Sequence record: MT133560.1
DNA length: 64,000 nt
Direction: 5' to 3' (one strand)
In this document: positions 58,660 to 64,000 of the stretch, piece after piece
How the letters are laid out: each line of letters begins with the position of its first letter
Numbering within the stretch: position 1 is the first letter of the stretch
Translations under genes and position numbers: made by a program
The notes under the pieces: generated by a model
Database searches by the model: none
The model's input: only the letters and a program-made list of their open reading frames with translations
What the model was told of the DNA's origin: nothing

Positions 58660-61600
58660 TAGTGTTTCCTCTATATACAGCTACAAGATGTTTTCCAGCT
58701 GCCCACAAGATACCAGTTGTTGTAGCAATGATTTTAGGAGATAGAACCATTCGTTCTTCTACCGATGTATTACCGAATAGTAGATCAATATTACGGCCAT
58801 CTTCAGTTTCATTACGTCCAGTCATTACACGGGAGAATACCGTTTTCATCTGGTTAGCTACTACGCCTTTATCTCCAACACCACATGGGATATCATGATC
58901 GATATACACTCGAATAATCATGTGGTCATATTCTAAGGCTCGTCCTTTCACTCGATAGTTAGCATCTACTTGTCCAGTGAAAGTAGGTTCTTTCAATGAT
59001 TTAGCTCGTTCAGCGCGTTGTTTATCTGACGTATTAGCTAATGCTTGTAAACTTGGTGTCATATCGTCTATTTCACCATGATAGAAGCATTCAATCTTTG
59101 ATACTGTACCTACGAGCTTAGCACGTGGCGAATATGCTGATAGTTTGCGTAATGTCTCAATAGATGCCTCGTCATATAGTGAGTGAGCAGCTGTTTCAGG
59201 ATCTTCAATTATACATAGAATTGAATTTAAGTCGACGTGATCCCCAACTTTCACCATATCTCGAATAGTCTGATCAAACCTAACATCGATATTCTTGATT
59301 GCAGTTGTTTGAGTATTTAACCTTTTAGCTAGGTCTTCAGAAATAACTGAACCGTCTTCTAAAGTGTCAAGGTTATCATCAAATGCTACAACAGCCATAC
59401 AACCGGCTTTCCATAATACTTGCCCAGGCGTATACCTATCTTCAGAGAAATAACGTTTGTTATATGTGATAGTATCTCCACGTTTAAACTTATCACCTTT
59501 CTTTAATGAGGTAACAAGAATGTGTGGATAGTTAACACCAGCTGCTGTGCCATGAACTGTACCTAATTGATATCCAAATACATTACCATCGGCATATTTA
59601 ACTTGGATACCATATTCATCAATAGCTACAACCTCACCATCTTGTTCTGCTGCTACAGCAAAGATAGAACTAGTCCTTTGGGCTATGATTTGTTCATAGC
59701 CTGTACGAACTGGTGTAACTGTATACCCATCAGCATAAATACCTTGCTGCTGCTGAATTGAGATAAAGTTAATTCGCTTAGGGTCATCATGTTCGGTTGC
59801 AACACCAAGCAGTGCACTAGTTGAGAGTAGTCTAGCTGGCCCATCTGTCTTTGGATCAAACATACGCGTAACACCACGCATGTTTACAAAGTTAGCATCA
59901 GGTACTAAGTAAGCAATAACACCAACGTCACCTGAGTCCACAGTTGATTCACTGACCACACCAACATCCGCTTCACCGTAAATACGTGTACGTGCAACCA
60001 TTGAAGTTGGACCGCGTCCACCATCTCCACGATAAGTCATCGCTTCTTGTTCACGGATATTTGCAATGGGGTTAGAATCTTCAATAGTGGCTACTGTCGG
60101 ATCTTGTACAATCTTGCGCCAGATCACGTGTGGATCTAACTCGACAGTTTGCACTGACCCACCATTACGCATATTAAATACACGTACCGCTCTATTGAGT
60201 TCATTAAAAATAGCCCCTGCCATGCGCTCATAACCACGATAGCGCATATATGCACCATCTACTTCTGCTGGACTCCAGTCGTTCGTTAATAACTCGACAG
60301 ACCGATAAAGCAATCCTTCAAAAGTAGTTGGTTCACCCATCTCCTTGAGTAGACCCTCAGTGATTGGATCGACCCATGCTGAGAAGAGTGTATCAATATC
60401 ACGTGTAAATCTGTTACTTAATCCAGCTTCTTCAAGAACCCTGAAGTAAACATCTCGTTTATTGAAATCATAAACAGAATAACGCCGCAGTGATTTATGA
60501 TAACGTTTGAGTCCACTTAATACAAGCATTGCTTTATAATCAGCTCGATCAAATACTAGGATCTCATCAGCGAACGCTAATGTATAATCCGTACTATTGA
60601 CAACAATCCTAGTGCCACGCTGATGACGCTGATAATTAACATTCAACTTCTTAAGTAGATTGTTTAAGCCATGGTGATAAGCTAAAATGAAACCTAATGG
60701 TAGCTCTTTACCACCAATTGACATTAGAATAGCTTCTAACGGTGCTTTGGTTAAATCTAAGCCAAGTATATCTGTAATAGTACCAATAGGTTCTAGCTCA
60801 TTACCTGTTTTCATGTAAAAGATGGAATTCTTATCTAACAAGATAGCATCAGTGCCATTGAACCCCACCATTATCAAATCATCAGTTTCATAATCTTCGA
60901 TATGTAGTCCTTGCTTTGCAAAGAATTCATTACGATCTTTGAAATTAAAATAGAACACATTACGATAATTATGGAAGCCTTTAAAAGCTGTTCCTAAAGT
61001 AGTGTACACCCTTGGTAGAACATAGTTGGATTGATCTAATTCAGCATAGGTAACTGAATGTACAGACATATCACTTCCATCTAATGCACGGTTGGTAATC
61101 GCTCTGATTAACCAGTTATCAAAGTTGTTTTCAGCACGTTCAGATCTAGTCACAAAGGTCTTATTGTAATAAGAGGTCAATGCAACTTTACGTGGATTAA
61201 CTTTACGAATTGGAATATCAGCACGTTGTAAACGTTGGCGATATGTTACTCCATTAGACATGAACCTACCGTCATTATCAATGACGGGGATACGGAACAT
61301 CACTTGTGAACTTCTACCACGAATAGGCTTTAATGTAACTTTGTGGATTTGGTAATGGTTACCAGAATCGCGAACAGTTTCAATTTTATAATTAGTTACT
61401 GATACGCCTTGTTTCTGAACAGATAAAACACTGTTTAAAATATCTTTCTTTAATAAGACCTTGTTATATTTGCGTTGGATAGCTTTTAACTTACTACCCA
61501 ACATTGATTTATCAACAATGGTTGGCTTATCTTCAAAAGTGGTGTCTTCTGGAATCTTAAGATCATCTGGATGATATTCCATCGCCTCAGCGATCGTCAT

Positions 61601-62998
61601 CGGCTCTACTGATTCATCATTAGGATCGGTAAATGGATCAGGTAGACGACGATACATAATCGAATCTTCTTGAGCTTGCTCGAATGTATTCGCAGAAATC
61701 ATATTTACGCGATACATGTCGTATGCTTTAGCTCTAATAGCATCGATTAGTTTATCTTCTTCATCAACTTCGGTATTGATAAATAACTCATCTTCTGGTA
61801 CATCTGTTACAATGAGTTCCTTCTCTTCTTTAATTTGGCGAGAAGGTGAAGATTCCAGTGGATCTTTTTCAATGATAAGCTTTGTTACCTCAAGATCACT
61901 TTCTGGTGGTGGGGTATATGTTACCTCAATTGCGCCAATATCAATTAAGTTAGTTAAGTTGGTTGGGTCAAATTGAACATCATCAATAACATCAACTTCA
62001 GTTACTTCTTCTTCAACGTTATTAGACTCAACATCCTCAACCTCTTCTGCTTCACCTTCTTCATAACTAACCGGAGTTTCTTCATCAACAATAATATCTT
62101 CATTAAAGATAGGCGTATCTTCTTTAATTAATGAAGTATTACCTTGGTTATATTCAACCATCGCTGATACTAGTGAAATAAGGCGCCTAGCTATTTGCTG
62201 GGTATCATAACCTTTATCATCTTTAATTTCTGGATCACGACGCCATTGATCAAGCATCCCTAAGTTAATAACAAAGAATGAACTTTGTACACGGAATAAA
62301 AGATTAATGTTACCGTAATACTTAGCATCGATGACATTCATGAAAGAACTTTCACGATCATCAGAAACCCAGCGAACTAAATCAAATATATTTAGAATAT
62401 CAGGTGTATTGAATTGATTAGCTAGATCTTGAGTTAAACCCCCTCGTAGTTTATTAAAAGAAGAAGGAGGTGGAACTAACTCAGGTAAGTGTACATCAAT
62501 GAACTGGTTCCAACCAGGAAAACGTTCACATGCAGCCGCTACGCCACTCCAGAATGTACGCATGTCATTTGACCAACGGAACCATGTAGCTTTATAAGAA
62601 GCCATATAATTCCATTGAGGGTTAATTAAATTATAATTCATTACCAGAATGTTCTGGTTTGATAATTTAAAACCGGTATCACTGCGTAAAGGTTTAAAGA
62701 AACGGTTCTGGCGGCGAAACTCTTGAATCATTGTTGCTGGGATATTTGAAGTCCTACGTGGATTACCTTCAAATGTAAGCATATCAGTAACATGCTCAAT
62801 ATATACTTTACCTTGATGTTTGGAGAATAATGGGTCTGTTTGACTAGGACCCATTACTGCATTATTACCATCGAAGAACTGATAAATGGATTCGAAAGGT
62901 AGATCAAGTTTATTTAGAGCATGCAACTTAGGTGACTGAAGTTTAGCATATTCGCGTACACTATAATTTTTCAGAAACTGTGTAATATTTAAGCGCAT
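58643..62998 (-). CDS. gp178: Virion RNA polymerase beta subunit, N-terminal/main fragment
   Basis: 1451 aa; DPKRINFISIQQQQG (RpoB DANRALMGANMQRQA), GVGDKGVVANQMKTV (GDK...GNKGV), IDLLFG...ERM. Confidence 0.92.
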   Translation of the reverse strand: MRLNITQFLKNYSVREYAKLQSPKLHALNKLDLPFESIYQFFDGNNAVMGPSQTDPLFSKHQGKVYIEHVTDMLTFEGNPRRTSNIPATMIQEFRRQNRFFKPLRSDTGFKLSNQNILVMNYNLINPQWNYMASYKATWFRWSNDMRTFWSGVAAACERFPGWNQFIDVHLPELVPPPSSFNKLRGGLTQDLANQFNTPDILNIFDLVRWVSDDRESSFMNVIDAKYYGNINLLFRVQSSFFVINLGMLDQWRRDPEIKDDKGYDTQQIARRLISLVSAMVEYNQGNTSLIKEDTPIFNEDIIVDEETPVSYEEGEAEEVEDVESNNVEEEVTEVDVIDDVQFDPTNLTNLIDIGAIEVTYTPPPESDLEVTKLIIEKDPLESSPSRQIKEEKELIVTDVPEDELFINTEVDEEDKLIDAIRAKAYDMYRVNMISANTFEQAQEDSIMYRRLPDPFTDPNDESVEPMTIAEAMEYHPDDLKIPEDTTFEDKPTIVDKSMLGSKLKAIQRKYNKVLLKKDILNSVLSVQKQGVSVTNYKIETVRDSGNHYQIHKVTLKPIRGRSSQVMFRIPVIDNDGRFMSNGVTYRQRLQRADIPIRKVNPRKVALTSYYNKTFVTRSERAENNFDNWLIRAITNRALDGSDMSVHSVTYAELDQSNYVLPRVYTTLGTAFKGFHNYRNVFYFNFKDRNEFFAKQGLHIEDYETDDLIMVGFNGTDAILLDKNSIFYMKTGNELEPIGTITDILGLDLTKAPLEAILMSIGGKELPLGFILAYHHGLNNLLKKLNVNYQRHQRGTRIVVNSTDYTLAFADEILVFDRADYKAMLVLSGLKRYHKSLRRYSVYDFNKRDVYFRVLEEAGLSNRFTRDIDTLFSAWVDPITEGLLKEMGEPTTFEGLLYRSVELLTNDWSPAEVDGAYMRYRGYERMAGAIFNELNRAVRVFNMRNGGSVQTVELDPHVIWRKIVQDPTVATIEDSNPIANIREQEAMTYRGDGGRGPTSMVARTRIYGEADVGVVSESTVDSGDVGVIAYLVPDANFVNMRGVTRMFDPKTDGPARLLSTSALLGVATEHDDPKRINFISIQQQQGIYADGYTVTPVRTGYEQIIAQRTSSIFAVAAEQDGEVVAIDEYGIQVKYADGNVFGYQLGTVHGTAAGVNYPHILVTSLKKGDKFKRGDTITYNKRYFSEDRYTPGQVLWKAGCMAVVAFDDNLDTLEDGSVISEDLAKRLNTQTTAIKNIDVRFDQTIRDMVKVGDHVDLNSILCIIEDPETAAHSLYDEASIETLRKLSAYSPRAKLVGTVSKIECFYHGEIDDMTPSLQALANTSDKQRAERAKSLKEPTFTGQVDANYRVKGRALEYDHMIIRVYIDHDIPCGVGDKGVVANQMKTVFSRVMTGRNETEDGRNIDLLFGNTSVEERMVLSPKIIATTTGILWAAGKHLVAVYRGNTNAKAK

Positions 62999-63000
62999 GA

Positions 63001-64000
63001 TTAATCCCTTTGTTTGGGTTCCCCAGTCATGTACCGAAGAGTTAAATTGAGTGTATGGACACCAACACTAAATGCCAGTCGACCATCGGCATGTATATAT
63101 GCAATACGTTTCTTAAAAAAAGCATCTGTTTCAGCGATAGCTTCCTCTGAATAAACTGCGTTAAATGATACAGTGTCCCCGTCGAAATCCGCCCCCAATG
63201 GCGCGAGAATAGAAGGAGAGATGGATACTGAGTCATGCCACTGGGCTGGTTTATTTAATTCAAACACAGGGAATTCTAAGGCTGGTTCCAACGTATCATC
63301 ACGTTCCCATTGATCATTTAACGGATAACGTAATTCACCCACTACGGTTGTTTTAACATACATCTTACAGGGGATAGAGCTATTGTAGTTTTCTACAGGA
63401 TATCGTGTAACAAACGCTGAGTTTGTTCGCCACATACTTAATCCACTAAGGTAAACTAATTCGGCATAAGTAATAGGTCTAACAAATTTCTTATTTAGAT
63501 TAGTAGGTAACTCATCGATGTTGCGGAATATTTTAAAATTCTGTTTATCATCAACGTAAATAAGGGCTAGATAATGATCAGCAATTTCAATTGCACGTGA
63601 ACGTTTTTCAATGACATCTAACTCATTGATGATTTGTTCTTGCCCTTCAGGAGTTCCCCATAAATCCATATCTTCGTTAGAGATATCGACCCATTCTAAA
63701 CGTAGTGTTTTCTTATTGATGAGCTGTACAGTGTTAGTAACTGTATCAAACACTTCACCAACTACACCTTGCCTTAGTGCAAAGATTGTACGCGGTGCAA
63801 CTGAACGAGCTGCTTGATGTAAGCCAACTACGGCATCTTTGAATGTTGGTCGATTAGGTGAATCAAGATCAGCAGCATTAGTATCTAGCGAACTAATGAC
63901 GTTACGTGTACCATTGGCAATACGACGGGATGCCCATTTAGATTGAATGTATCCACGTTTACCGGATAGCAGTCGTTCATAATGTTCATAAATAGCTAAT
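63001..64000 (-). CDS. gp180: Virion RNA polymerase beta-prime catalytic fragment, 5'-truncated by window
   Basis: I read the frame as open to the window edge (LSGKRGYIQSKWASRRIANGTRNVI, like RpoC [25 protein letters not shown]). Catalytic GADFDGD is present. The track's start at 63753 is an internal GTG. Confidence 0.93.
   Translation of the reverse strand, partial: LAIYEHYERLLSGKRGYIQSKWASRRIANGTRNVISSLDTNAADLDSPNRPTFKDAVVGLHQAARSVAPRTIFALRQGVVGEVFDTVTNTVQLINKKTLRLEWVDISNEDMDLWGTPEGQEQIINELDVIEKRSRAIEIADHYLALIYVDDKQNFKIFRNIDELPTNLNKKFVRPITYAELVYLSGLSMWRTNSAFVTRYPVENYNSSIPCKMYVKTTVVGELRYPLNDQWERDDTLEPALEFPVFELNKPAQWHDSVSISPSILAPLGADFDGDTVSFNAVYSEEAIAETDAFFKKRIAYIHADGRLAFSVGVHTLNLTLRYMTGEPKQRD

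Noticed and set aside
63001-63753. 250-aa ORF as a standalone gene (possible gp179)
   Set aside because: The frame stays open to the window end, it contains the RNAP ADFDGD motif, and it shows no HNH motif; it is the 3' part of gp180.

Overview
A 64-kb, AT-rich slice of a phiKZ-like Pseudomonas jumbo phage (Phikzvirus, nucleus-forming). The anchor is the modular endolysin at 23578-24360, which I recognise as near-identical to phiKZ gp144. Gene order matches phiKZ gp123 (partial) to gp180 (partial). Other gp numbers are assigned partly by recognition and partly by counting ORFs between anchors, so treat them as positional. Contents: one non-virion RNAP fragment, virion RNAP fragments, portal, prohead protease, inner-body/head proteins, baseplate/fibre paralogs (gp131-135), collagen-like fibres, central spike plus PAAR, RuvC-like resolvase, UvsX/RecA, RNase H, SbcC-like ATPase, and a small early-promoter island. 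No tRNA, rRNA, CRISPR array or mobile element was seen. The most notable observations are: a 2OG-Fe(II) oxygenase pair in the fibre operon (candidate collagen prolyl hydroxylase); an overlapped i-/o-spanin pair with a holin candidate; a second membrane-protein/lipoprotein pair; a 58-aa gene missed by the ORF track; a hairpin+TTATG terminator family at every convergent junction; and an extended 31-bp early promoter. All functional calls come from visual motif reading and recalled literature; no searches were run.
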